A DNA stretch of 64,000 nt from contig OY760175.1 of the NCBI GenBank assembly GCA_963663165.1, forward strand, positions 2,496,001-2,560,000. The letters are read 5' to 3'. This document shows positions 55,359 through 64,000 of this stretch, in pieces. This DNA comes from an uncultured Desulfospira sp. (GTDB lineage Bacteria; Desulfobacterota; Desulfobacteria; Desulfobacterales; Desulfobacteraceae). Numbering within the stretch: the stretch's first letter is position 1; each line of letters begins with the position of its first letter. The translations under genes and the position numbers were made by a program. Under the pieces are notes generated by a model. That model had not been told where the DNA came from. It saw only the letters and a list, made by a program, of their open reading frames with translations, and made no database searches.

Positions 55359-57296
55359 ATGGAAAGAAGAATCATCATAGCCGATGATGAGCCTCGTTTT
55401 GCCAACTCGTTGAAATTTTTGTTTACCCAAAGGGGCTTTGAGGTGAAAACCTGCCTGAACGGGGAAGAAGCGTTAGAAATATTTGAAGAATTCCCGGTCA
55501 AAGTGGTTGTCACGGATATCGAAATGCCCAAAAAAAACGGACTGGATCTGTTGCCGGACCTGGTCCGGTTGGACGAGTTTGTCCAGGTGATCTTTCTTAC
55601 GGGCAGGGGCACGGTTGAAAATATAAAAGAGGCGTTCCAGGCCAGCCGGAATACCTTTGAATTTTTTACCAAACCCCTCAAGGATATGGAGGTCCTGTTT
55701 CAGGCCGTTGAGTCTGCCCAGCGAAAGTATGACACCATGAAAAAAGCACTTGGCCTGCAGCGAAAAGCTGAGCAAAACCTGGTGGAGGCCGGCCAGATTT
55801 TTGATGCCCTGGAAACCATGATCTATGTTTCGGACATGGATACTTATGACATTATTTATTCCAATCGAAAGTTCAATCAGGTCATGGGATATGACCCCTA
55901 TGGCAGCCAGGACAGGCCCAAGTGCTGGCAGATTATCCATGGCGGTCAGCAAGCGCCATGCCGGTTTTGCACCAATCCCAGGATAATGGATGACAAGGGC
56001 AGGCCTGCCGGTCCGTTTGAGTGGGAATTTGAAAGCAAAAAAGCCGGCCGCCGGTATGCCATTGTTGACAAGGCCATAGAATGGCATGACCATCGCGTTG
56101 TCCGGCTTTCCACCCTCAGGGATATTACGGAAAGACGAAAATATGAACAGCTTTTCAAGGAATATGAGAAAAAGCACCTCCAGGTTAAAAAATTAAAGAG
56201 CCTGAGTACCCTGGCCGGGGGAATCTCCCACCAGTTCAACAATGCGCTGTCCGTCATCTCGGGCAATCTGGAGTTGATTGAAATGGTGTTTTCCCATGAC
56301 GGAAAGCTGAACCGGTATACCGGCAACATGCATCAGGCCATTGAGAAAATGGCCCAGCTGACCGCATCGCTGCTGGCCTATGCCCAGGGGGGAAAATATA
56401 AAACCCGACCGGTTATTTTTAACGATTTGCTTCACCATATCCTTAAGAACCTTGACCATATGCTCGGGGAGAATGTTGTCCTTAACACCTGTATCTGTGC
56501 TGAAAACCATCAGGTGAGCGTTGATTCGGTGCAGATCCGGATGCTGTTAAAGGCCATTTTTGAAAACGCCCTGGAGGCCGGCTGCCGAACCCTTTCCGTC
56601 ACCTGCGACATGGAAATCCCGCCTGGAAACGATCTGGATAATCCGGGCCTGGAAAACCAGGATCATATCTGCCTTAAGATTGAAGACGACGGATCAGGCA
56701 TGGATGAAGACATCCTGGCCAACGTTTTTGAGCCCTTTTTTACCACAAAATTTCAGGGCAGGGGGCTTGGCATGTCTGCGGTTTATGGGATTGTAAAGGG
56801 ACATCAGGGCCGGATTGCCGTGGATTCCATATTAGGGTCCGGGACCCGCGTCAGTATATATTTCCCGATTTTTAAAACCGCACCGCCTAAAAAAATAAAC
56901 GGTAATAAACAAGGCCTGAAGCTCAATGTCCTTTTGGTGGAAGACAAGGATGATATTCGCAGCAGCACAAGGGTCATGCTGGAAAAAATGGGGCATACCG
57001 TCTTTGAGGCCGGAACCGGAAGACAGGCCATTGATTTTCTGGAGTCCCATGACAGCCCCATTCACCTAGCCCTGCTCAATTACCTTATGCCTGATTTCAA
57101 GGCCGACCTTATCTATCCCATGGTGGTCAGGGAACAGCCTGAAGCCGAGGTGGTGATATTAAACAGCGGGGGCATTACGGCCCCCGTTCAAAGACTTCTG
57201 GATTCCGGTGCCGGCTCTTTTATGCAAAAACCGGTGACCGTGGATGAACTGGCTGAGAAGATCCGGCAGATACAAGAGGCAGGAGGCAAGAGATAA
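55359..57296 (+). CDS. Hybrid sensor histidine kinase (REC-PAS-HisKA-HATPase-REC)
   Basis: IIADDE and TDIEMP, GGISHQFNN.L, DDGSGM and FFTTK..GRGLG motifs, plus a C-terminal receiver-like domain. Confidence 0.93.
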   Translation: MERRIIIADDEPRFANSLKFLFTQRGFEVKTCLNGEEALEIFEEFPVKVVVTDIEMPKKNGLDLLPDLVRLDEFVQVIFLTGRGTVENIKEAFQASRNTFEFFTKPLKDMEVLFQAVESAQRKYDTMKKALGLQRKAEQNLVEAGQIFDALETMIYVSDMDTYDIIYSNRKFNQVMGYDPYGSQDRPKCWQIIHGGQQAPCRFCTNPRIMDDKGRPAGPFEWEFESKKAGRRYAIVDKAIEWHDHRVVRLSTLRDITERRKYEQLFKEYEKKHLQVKKLKSLSTLAGGISHQFNNALSVISGNLELIEMVFSHDGKLNRYTGNMHQAIEKMAQLTASLLAYAQGGKYKTRPVIFNDLLHHILKNLDHMLGENVVLNTCICAENHQVSVDSVQIRMLLKAIFENALEAGCRTLSVTCDMEIPPGNDLDNPGLENQDHICLKIEDDGSGMDEDILANVFEPFFTTKFQGRGLGMSAVYGIVKGHQGRIAVDSILGSGTRVSIYFPIFKTAPPKKINGNKQGLKLNVLLVEDKDDIRSSTRVMLEKMGHTVFEAGTGRQAIDFLESHDSPIHLALLNYLMPDFKADLIYPMVVREQPEAEVVILNSGGITAPVQRLLDSGAGSFMQKPVTVDELAEKIRQIQEAGGKR

Positions 57297-57360
57297 GCAA
57301 CAAGGTTGAATCCTGAATTTTGATTTTTATCTTCACCACCTCTTTTTATCGGCTCATCGG

Positions 57361-59130
57361 TCAAACACACTTTAGAAGGAAGTGGGGGATGAACCTGGGG
57401 TCCAGCTGCTCCGGGGAAAGCCGGCCGTATTCATCTTCAAGTTCTTTCACCAGGTTTTTTAAAACGGCTTTAACCCCCTGTCCCATGTCGGGTTCATCAA
57501 TGCCGGCCTGGTCGGATACAAAGAGCATTAAATCGGCCAGGGCCGGGCTGTCTGACGGGTCCAAAGATTCCTCTGATGAAAACAACTGTTTGAAAAACGG
57601 CTTGAACTGATTCAGGTCAATGGGGGACAGTCTTAAATGTCCATCCTTGTCCAGACCGGTCCGGTTTCTGGCCCACAGGGTCAGCAACAGGCTTTTGTAG
57701 GTGAGAACCCCTAATTTAAATGAGGAAAGGTCCGGGTCTAAGGCCCTGATCGTAAGATCCGTCTGCCGGATCTGATCCAGAATGGTCTGAATGGCAGTGA
57801 TATCCGCTAAACTTTTAAAGTTCCGGTACAATAATTTCCCGGTCCGGTAATTGTCATAATACAGGGGGCGGTCCAGAAAAAGGCCGCCGATCACCCCGAG
57901 AAAATCTTCCCCAAGAAAGCTTAAAGGCAGGTTTTTCTCCAGGGTAAAGCTATTTTTGTACCAGGTCTGGGCCTGGGTTTTCAGCTGAATCCCCGCCCTT
58001 GAACCGGTTCTGAAAATATCTTCTAAAAAATAGGTTTCAAGAATTTTTAGGGGGGGCTCCGGCGCCAGGTCTTTCTGAAGAATTTCAAGGCCCAGGCTTA
58101 AGGTGTCCGACGCCTTTTGAACGGTTCTTTCCATGGCCTGTATTTCCCTGATCCTCACCCGGTCGGCGCTGATGATTTTGTTGATCAGGGCCGCAAGCTC
58201 TGATTCCATTTGAAGGGATAAGTCTTCATCTATCAGGGACAGGGTGGTGACAAACAGGTCCTCTCCTTTGATCTGGCTGCCGACATACTGAGGCGGAAGG
58301 GCCGTATCCGGGTTGAGTTCGGCTTTCATTAATGCGGCCGGCCGTTTCCTTAAGTGTTTGATGTCTGTCGGCTGGTAGATGCCGATGGCCTCATGGGGGG
58401 GCAAAAACCCCTTCTCCGCTAAACGGATGGTTTTCAACCGGAACTGTTCTTCTTCGGCCTCAGCCGGGAGCAGGCTTAAGGTCTCCAGCATCAGCCCGTG
58501 AAAAACCGAAAGGTCCATGGCCGCCAGGGTGTTCATCATCTTTTCAATGAGGTCTGCCGTATCTTCGGGCTGAACCACCTGGGATTCAACATCGCCATCC
58601 CCTAACGAGGGATCATCCAGGTCCTGGTTTTTTTTGGCCAGATCCGGAAACCTGAAATAAAATTTTTCGTCAAGGGAGATATAGTCGTCAAAATCTTCGG
58701 GCGGCAGTTCATCATGCTCCCGGATCCGAATCTCCATGTTTTTGAACAAAAAAAGTTCAAAGTAATCGGGTTTGTCCGTGATGATCCATCTTAAGAACCG
58801 TTCCGGGGCCGCCTGGAACATGAGGCCTAAAGCCCTGGACATGACCGGCAGATTGAGCTGGTCGTCTTCCCAGACTTCCATATCCAGGATATGCTCCCAC
58901 TGGTCGGACCGGGCTAAGGACAGAACCGGGATAAAATCGTCCACCCCGATTTTATGCATCAGATAATACAGGTCCTGGTCCGGGAAAGACTGGATCAGGG
59001 TGGCCGGGCTTGGGGCACAAAGAAGCATGTCAAGGGCGGTTTCCGAATCTTTGGATAAAATTTCCTTACGCTGGGCGGCAAGTTTGAGTTCCCGCTGCCG
59101 GATATTGGCCAGTTGATGGTCGCTTGTCAT
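57361..59130 (-). CDS. Conserved hypothetical protein (DUF6178-like)
   Basis: L...IG..D...L.LA..QW...LD.E.W..D and EEE..R....RL...GF....EA..IY patterns. Start at 59130. Confidence 0.65.
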   Translation of the reverse strand: MTSDHQLANIRQRELKLAAQRKEILSKDSETALDMLLCAPSPATLIQSFPDQDLYYLMHKIGVDDFIPVLSLARSDQWEHILDMEVWEDDQLNLPVMSRALGLMFQAAPERFLRWIITDKPDYFELFLFKNMEIRIREHDELPPEDFDDYISLDEKFYFRFPDLAKKNQDLDDPSLGDGDVESQVVQPEDTADLIEKMMNTLAAMDLSVFHGLMLETLSLLPAEAEEEQFRLKTIRLAEKGFLPPHEAIGIYQPTDIKHLRKRPAALMKAELNPDTALPPQYVGSQIKGEDLFVTTLSLIDEDLSLQMESELAALINKIISADRVRIREIQAMERTVQKASDTLSLGLEILQKDLAPEPPLKILETYFLEDIFRTGSRAGIQLKTQAQTWYKNSFTLEKNLPLSFLGEDFLGVIGGLFLDRPLYYDNYRTGKLLYRNFKSLADITAIQTILDQIRQTDLTIRALDPDLSSFKLGVLTYKSLLLTLWARNRTGLDKDGHLRLSPIDLNQFKPFFKQLFSSEESLDPSDSPALADLMLFVSDQAGIDEPDMGQGVKAVLKNLVKELEDEYGRLSPEQLDPRFIPHFLLKCV

Positions 59131-59134
59131 GGGG

Positions 59135-60856
59135 TTATCCTGATATGTTTTGGTTGCAGATTTGGATATAGGGGGCAAGGTGTTGATTGCCTTTGAACTT
59201 GTTCAGATGGGCCAGGGCCCCTTTAAAGTCGCCCAGGTTCATCAGGCAGACCCCCATGCCGGTTTCAAGGGTTTCGTTGCCGGGATATCGGGCAAGGCCC
59301 TGGGCCATGAAGGAGAAGGCCTCTTGAAACCGTCTTTGCTTCTGGTACAGCATGCCCAGGCCGGCAAAGGCCCTGAAATCCGGGTAAAAGCTTAAGGCTT
59401 TTTTGAACAGGGCTTCAGCGGTCTGTTCCGGTTTTTTGATCCGGGGATCCGCTGCATAATCCCCCTGAAAAAAGGTTAAGGCGAGTCTGGACAAAAAATC
59501 CGCATGAAAGGGGGACAGCGCCGGGTCCGGGTCCAGTTCAAGGGATTGTGCAACCCCTTCAAGGCCTTCGTAAAAGCTGTCCCTTAAGGCATCCCCAAAG
59601 GCTTTTACCTGCTCAAAATCCAGAGATTCATCCAGCTCAAACCAGGGGATGTCTTCGATTTTTTCATGCCAGATATCTGCTTTGAGCAAATTTTTGTCAA
59701 GGGCCCGGGTGTAAAGATAGGTGCCCGGGAACACCACCAGCATGTAAAATACAGCCCCCAAAGGGCCCAGGCGGTTTAAAAGGGTGATGCTCTCTTCAAT
59801 GGTCTGCTGTGTCTCCCCCGGGGACCCGTAAATAAAGTAGGCCCGGGGCAGAATGCCGGCCGCCTTGGTTAAGGAAAAGGCCCGGGCCGCCGTATCATTG
59901 GACACGGGTTTGCCCAGCACCTTTTTAATGGGGGCTGATCCCGATTCCACGCCAAAACTGATCTGGATGCAGCCGGCCTTTCTCATGGCCGCCAGAAGGT
60001 CCCGGTCAACGTAATCCACCCGGGAAATGGCATTCCAGGTGATGGAAAGCCCGGATTCTATAAGGATGGCGCAAAATTCCAGAACCCGGTCTTTGTCCAT
60101 GGTAAAGGTATCGTCACAGATGAAAAAATGGGACACCCCCTTTTGGGCAAGGGTCTTAATTTCATGGGCAAACCATTGGGCCGAATGAAACCGGACCCTT
60201 GACTGTCCCCAGAATTTGGGGGAGCCGCAAAAGGTGCATTTGCCCGGACACCCCCTGGACATGGACAGGTGCTGGAAGGTAAAGTATGTGGAAGGGTGAA
60301 CCAGGCTGTCCAGGTCGGATATTTCCAGGGCAGGGCCTGTGTCTAAAATCCGGTTTTCATGTCTGAATAAAAGGCCGTTGATTTCTTTTAGCCGGTCCAG
60401 CCGCTGCCGGGTATGAGGGGCTGTCTCATCTAAGGCCCGGGCAAGTTCCAGGCAGGCAGTTTCCCCCTCTCCCTTGACGATAAAATCAATGTCAGGGCAG
60501 GCCTCCATAAAAAAGGACCCCATGAAGGTGGGGGCAGGCCCCCCGAAAACAACGGCGGACTCCGGCAAAAGGGTTTTGGCGGTTTGGGCGCAGTCCATGG
60601 CCTGGTGCCGGTTGGCCGTGGTAACTGAAAATCCGATGATACCGGGACTTTCTTTCTTCAGGGCGTCGGCAAAAACAGCCGGCCCCCGGGAGGTGTTGCC
60701 GGTGCCTAAGGCGGCCAGGTTTAAAATCCTTGCCCCAAACCCGTTTTCGATCAACAGGGCGGAAAGGTAATAGAGCCCGATGGGAACAATAGTGGCATCA
60801 TTATCGGTTACCCGGGGATCTAAGCAGGCGGGGTTGACAAATAAAACCGTTTTCAT
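59135..60856 (-). CDS. B12-binding-domain radical SAM protein with C-terminal TPR repeats
   Basis: PIGL.YL.A.L, GG..PT, SRGCPGKCTFC, GVESG and TPR-like helices. Confidence 0.92.
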   Translation of the reverse strand: MKTVLFVNPACLDPRVTDNDATIVPIGLYYLSALLIENGFGARILNLAALGTGNTSRGPAVFADALKKESPGIIGFSVTTANRHQAMDCAQTAKTLLPESAVVFGGPAPTFMGSFFMEACPDIDFIVKGEGETACLELARALDETAPHTRQRLDRLKEINGLLFRHENRILDTGPALEISDLDSLVHPSTYFTFQHLSMSRGCPGKCTFCGSPKFWGQSRVRFHSAQWFAHEIKTLAQKGVSHFFICDDTFTMDKDRVLEFCAILIESGLSITWNAISRVDYVDRDLLAAMRKAGCIQISFGVESGSAPIKKVLGKPVSNDTAARAFSLTKAAGILPRAYFIYGSPGETQQTIEESITLLNRLGPLGAVFYMLVVFPGTYLYTRALDKNLLKADIWHEKIEDIPWFELDESLDFEQVKAFGDALRDSFYEGLEGVAQSLELDPDPALSPFHADFLSRLALTFFQGDYAADPRIKKPEQTAEALFKKALSFYPDFRAFAGLGMLYQKQRRFQEAFSFMAQGLARYPGNETLETGMGVCLMNLGDFKGALAHLNKFKGNQHLAPYIQICNQNISG

Positions 60857-60877
60857 AAAAGGTCCTTAGAAAACCGC

Positions 60878-61459
60878 CTACCAGACAGAGACAATCAGGT
60901 CTTCCAATTTGCGTTTGGGCACATGGTGAACCTGATGTTCGTCCCTGAAATACTTTATATCCCCGTCTTCTTTCACATCGTCGATTTGGGCGATTTCCTT
61001 TGGTTTGCCCAGGGCAATCACCAATTTGACCTCCAGGTGGTCGGCAATGTTTAAAAATTCCGTAAGCTTTTTGATATTAATAGCGGCAAACATACAGCCG
61101 GCAAGGCCCATGTCCCGGGCCCCCAAGAGCATGGTCTGGGCGGCAATGCCGTGGTCGCACCAGAAGTTGTCGGCAATGGTGTGGTCCCCCATAATCACGA
61201 TATAGGCGGTAGGGCGCTCTTCAGGCTCCGGGCCTTTCCAGTCCTTTAAGTAAGCGGCCCAGGAAAGACAGGAAAAAATCTGGGCATTTTTTTCTTCACC
61301 GGTGGAGATGATATACTTTAAGGGCTGCTTGTTGGCACCCGATGCCGTGTACCGGGCCAGGTCCACCAGGTCCTTCACCGTTGCGGGATCAATTTTATGG
61401 GAGTGGTCAAACCTTCGGCATGACCGGTTTCCCTTTACCAGTTCCTTGAATGGTTTCAT
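60878..61459 (-). CDS. Nitroreductase family protein
   Basis: RS.RRF, A...ASGAN.QP, D.GIAAQ.M.L.A...GL.GC and HHVPKR motifs. Confidence 0.92.
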   Translation of the reverse strand: MKPFKELVKGNRSCRRFDHSHKIDPATVKDLVDLARYTASGANKQPLKYIISTGEEKNAQIFSCLSWAAYLKDWKGPEPEERPTAYIVIMGDHTIADNFWCDHGIAAQTMLLGARDMGLAGCMFAAINIKKLTEFLNIADHLEVKLVIALGKPKEIAQIDDVKEDGDIKYFRDEHQVHHVPKRKLEDLIVSVW

Positions 61460-61478
61460 TAAAAGGCTCCTTTTTTTA

Positions 61479-61572
61479 TAGCTATAAGCTTTTAGCCTTT
61501 AGCTATTAGCTTTTTACCGTTTCCAATGACCCTGCCAACAGCTAACAGCTAATGGCTGGCAGCTAATGGCTA
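61479..61572. repeat. Heptamer array with inverted arms (TAGCTAT / TAACAGC, TAATGGC), overlapping the rdgB stop
   Basis: TAGCTAT AAGCTTT TAGCCTT TAGCTAT TAGCTTT ... CAACAGC TAACAGC TAATGGC TGGCAGC TAATGGC. Confidence 0.9.
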
Positions 61573-62177
61573 TGTATATCAATCCACTCCAAAACCTTGT
61601 CCATTTCCCGGGCCATTTCAGCCAAGGCCTTTCCCCGGTGGCTCACGTTGGCCTTTTCCGCCCGGGTCAGCTGGGCAAAGGTTTTGTTGAACTCGGGGAA
61701 AAAAAACAAGGGGTCGTATCCAAACCCGTTTTCTCCCTGGGGTTCCCGGGTTAAAATGCCGTCGCACCGTCCCTCATAGGTGAGGGCAGGCCCTGTGGGG
61801 ACGGCAATGGAGATGACACATTCAAAATGGGCCTTTCGGTTGTCTTCATCCTTGAGGGCATCCAGCAATTTGGCCACATTCTGTTCATCCGTGGCCCCTT
61901 CTCCGGCATACCGGGCCGAATACACCCCCGGGGCATTGTCCAGGGCGTCTACGCAGAGCCCGGAATCATCAGCCATCACCGGGTATCCCAGGACCCTGGC
62001 CGTAAAAGAGGCTTTTTTATAGGCATTGTCGTCAAAGGTTTCTCCGTCTTCCACCACTTCTGGAATGGGGCCAAAATCCTCCAGGGTCCGGATTTCAACC
62101 GGAAAATCCCTGAGCAGGTCCATGATTTCTTTTTTCTTCCCCTTGTTTGTTGTGGCCAGCACCAGTATCTGTTTCAC
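61563..62177 (-). CDS. rdgB: XTP/dITP diphosphatase (non-canonical purine NTP pyrophosphatase)
   Basis: AT.N.GK..E, ADDSGL.VDAL..APGVYSARY, GFGYDPLF and SHRG motifs. Confidence 0.96.
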   Translation of the reverse strand: MKQILVLATTNKGKKKEIMDLLRDFPVEIRTLEDFGPIPEVVEDGETFDDNAYKKASFTARVLGYPVMADDSGLCVDALDNAPGVYSARYAGEGATDEQNVAKLLDALKDEDNRKAHFECVISIAVPTGPALTYEGRCDGILTREPQGENGFGYDPLFFFPEFNKTFAQLTRAEKANVSHRGKALAEMAREMDKVLEWIDIHSH

Positions 62178-62219
62178 TGTTTTGCTCCTTGAGGTTTAAG
62201 GTTTGGGGGTAATATAAGG

Positions 62220-62341
62220 CAGCAAGAGACAAGAAACAAGGGGCAAGAAACAAGAGACAGGAGACAGGAGACAAGGGGCAGGAAATCGGAGGCTGGAAAT
62301 GGGAAACCGGGGACCAGGGCTGAAGGGGAGCGGGAATGGGG
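62220..62341. repeat. Purine-rich heptamer array (ACAAGAG/ACAGGAG family), about 14 drifting units
   Basis: GCAAGAG ACAAGAA ACAAGGG GCAAGAA ACAAGAG ACAGGAG ACAGGAG ACAAGGG GCAGGAA ATCGGAG GCTGGAA ATGGGAA ACCGGGG ACCAGGG. Confidence 0.9.
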
Positions 62342-62342
62342 T

Positions 62343-62777
62343 TCAGGGTCTGGTGCCCATGAGGGTCAGTTCCACTTTCCGGCTTCGATGGCTGTTGTCA
62401 TGGTTGATGACCACCACCTGCTGCCAGGTGCCGAGCCTTAAAACGGATGAGCGGACCGGGATGCTGACACTGGGGCCGAGCAGGGCAGACTGCACATGGC
62501 TGTGGCCGTTGCCGTCGTGCCAGGCCTGTTCGTGGGAGTAAACCTGGCCGGGCGGGGCCAGTTCGTTGATGGCCCGGCAAAGATCCGCCACCACCCCGGG
62601 CTCATATTCAATGGTGGTGACCGAGCCGGTGGAGCCGGGGATAAACACATGAAGGATTCCCGAGGCCACCCCGGATTCCCGGATAAAAAGGGACAGCTCC
62701 GGGGTGATGTCCCGGATGTCCGGGCCGGTGTTCATGTCCAGGGTAATGGTTTGTTCAAATAATTGAATCTCAGGCAT
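62343..62777 (-). CDS. YjbQ (UPF0047) family protein
   Basis: G....F..GST...T..EYE, Y.H...W.D.NG.SH and L.LGTWQ motifs. Confidence 0.92.
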   Translation of the reverse strand: MPEIQLFEQTITLDMNTGPDIRDITPELSLFIRESGVASGILHVFIPGSTGSVTTIEYEPGVVADLCRAINELAPPGQVYSHEQAWHDGNGHSHVQSALLGPSVSIPVRSSVLRLGTWQQVVVINHDNSHRSRKVELTLMGTRP

Positions 62778-62789
62778 TGTAATAAAGTC

Positions 62790-62896
62790 CTTTAGGGGTT
62801 TAGGGGCTTAGGCTGAAGGCTGAAGGGGGTTAGGCTTAAAGGATTGAGAGCCTTCCTTTAAGCCTTCAGTCTAAACCCCTTCAGCCTGATAGCCTT
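62790..62896. repeat. Heptamer-based array with inverted arms (GGCTGAA / TTCAGCC)
   Basis: TTTAGGGG TTTAGGGG CTTAGGC TGAAGGC TGAAGGG ... TTTAAGC CTTCAGT CTAAACCC CTTCAGC. Confidence 0.85.
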
Positions 62897-64000
62897 TTAA
62901 ACCTCATAATCCACGGTCCGGGACGCCACCGGATCCGTGTAATGGATAATGGTTTCAAAGGTTTTCAGGTTGATGCGGGCCGTGGCCGTATGTTCCTTTC
63001 GGCGCCATTCAATGATCATCTCATGGTCTTTGGACTTGAGCAGGGAAAACTCCCCGTTAAAGGCCGGGTAGGAGTTCCGGAACTCCATGAGTCGCATCAG
63101 CCGCTGGACCACAGGTTTTTGGACTTCTATAGCAATTTCTTCTAAGGTGTAATTGTGCCGGTTGATGTTCCGGCCCTGCCGGGTGGATTCCACCAGCTCA
63201 ATATCGTTTTCACCGGCCAGAAGCCCCACATAATACACCTGGGGGATTCCCGGGGCGAAAAACTGGATGGTCCGGGCGGCAATATAGGCATCGTCATTGG
63301 AGCCTAAGGCCGAGTAATAGGTGCAGTTGACCTGATAAACATCTAAATTCTGGTATTCCGGGCCCGAGTAAGTCTCTTTGATATTGGAGCCTTTCTGGTA
63401 GAGGGCTTCAATGGTCTGGTCAATTTCCTCCTGGGAGAGCAGGTCCATGACATCCACCACGCCGATGCCGTCATGGGTGTCCAGAGTGGTGATCTGTTTT
63501 TTCGGGCATTTTCTAAGCCAGGCTTTAAGCCGTTTGCCGGTTCCCATGTATAGGGCGTGAAGGACCAGCAGGGGCAAAGAAAAATCATAGCACCAATACC
63601 CTTTTTCCGCTAACTTGAGCTGGTAAGAGTAATGTTCATGAACCTCGGGCAGGATCTGGGTGTCAAAGGCCGAGGCAAAGTCGTCAAACCAGTCCAAAAG
63701 TTCCCATATCTTGGGCTCCAAAAAAAAACAGGAGGTGCCAAGCGCCATGGTGGTGTAGGCAATGGCATCCAGCCGGATCATCTTGGGCCGGTTCCGGGCC
63801 AGGCGAATGAGAAATTTTCGCATGACCTCCCGGGTTTTGGGCGAATCATAATCCAGGTCAATCTGCTCATAATCAAAGGTACACCATATTTTTTCCAGGG
63901 TGCCGTTGGGTCGCTCTATGACCTGGTAAGGGGGCCTTGGTTTGCGGGTATAAACAGTTTGCAGGTCCTCATCCTTTACCCAGCCGTTTGGGGCCAACTT
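62897..64000 (-). CDS. gtfA: Sucrose phosphorylase (GH13_18), 5'-partial
   Basis: IRLDA nucleophile region, PEVHEHY acid/base loop, TLDTHDGIGV and NLDVYQVNCTYYSAL. Confidence 0.88.
   Translation of the reverse strand, partial: KLAPNGWVKDEDLQTVYTRKPRPPYQVIERPNGTLEKIWCTFDYEQIDLDYDSPKTREVMRKFLIRLARNRPKMIRLDAIAYTTMALGTSCFFLEPKIWELLDWFDDFASAFDTQILPEVHEHYSYQLKLAEKGYWCYDFSLPLLVLHALYMGTGKRLKAWLRKCPKKQITTLDTHDGIGVVDVMDLLSQEEIDQTIEALYQKGSNIKETYSGPEYQNLDVYQVNCTYYSALGSNDDAYIAARTIQFFAPGIPQVYYVGLLAGENDIELVESTRQGRNINRHNYTLEEIAIEVQKPVVQRLMRLMEFRNSYPAFNGEFSLLKSKDHEMIIEWRRKEHTATARINLKTFETIIHYTDPVASRTVDYEV

Noticed and set aside
891..62896. Short repeat arrays as CRISPR arrays
   Set aside because: Units are 7 bp and contiguous with no unique spacers, and there are no cas genes in the window.

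Overview
A gene-dense bacterial chromosomal segment, moderately GC-rich with several AT-rich patches. Gene content (CooC, FmdE, CGGC protein, PEP-CTERM proteins, DUF6178-like protein) fits an anaerobic deltaproteobacterial sulfate reducer, probably Desulfobacteraceae-like; this is inference. Main blocks: (1) a TRAP transporter, glutamine-synthetase-like ligase and Fe-alcohol dehydrogenase, likely for amine (ethanolamine-type) gamma-glutamylation; (2) a frameshifted four-helix-bundle gene; (3) a complete ureDABCEFG urease cluster ending a long minus-strand run (asmA, DUF4197, cooC, MTase, amrS, CCA-type nucleotidyltransferase, DUF89, serB); (4) an SBP-vWA lipoprotein / XpaC / SBP / TelA operon with no transporter; (5) two AT-rich PEP-CTERM genes with a sigma-54 promoter; (6) a Nik/Opp-type ABC transporter plus FmdE; (7) a TetR-AcrAB efflux locus followed by a ~4.2 kb patch bounded by a duplicated acrB 3' end, carrying cassette-like genes, degenerate attC-like sites, REP-like elements and IS remnants; (8) flavin oxidoreductase/TetR, a ~1400-aa internally repeated membrane protein, an MCP pseudogene, a hybrid kinase, housekeeping genes and a sucrose phosphorylase. 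The most striking non-coding signal is about 13 intergenic period-7 tandem arrays. They use at least five different unit sequences, many form inverted arms and many abut stop codons. They coexist with several MITE/REP families. No rRNA, tRNA or CRISPR array was seen. All family assignments come from motif recognition by eye, not database searches.
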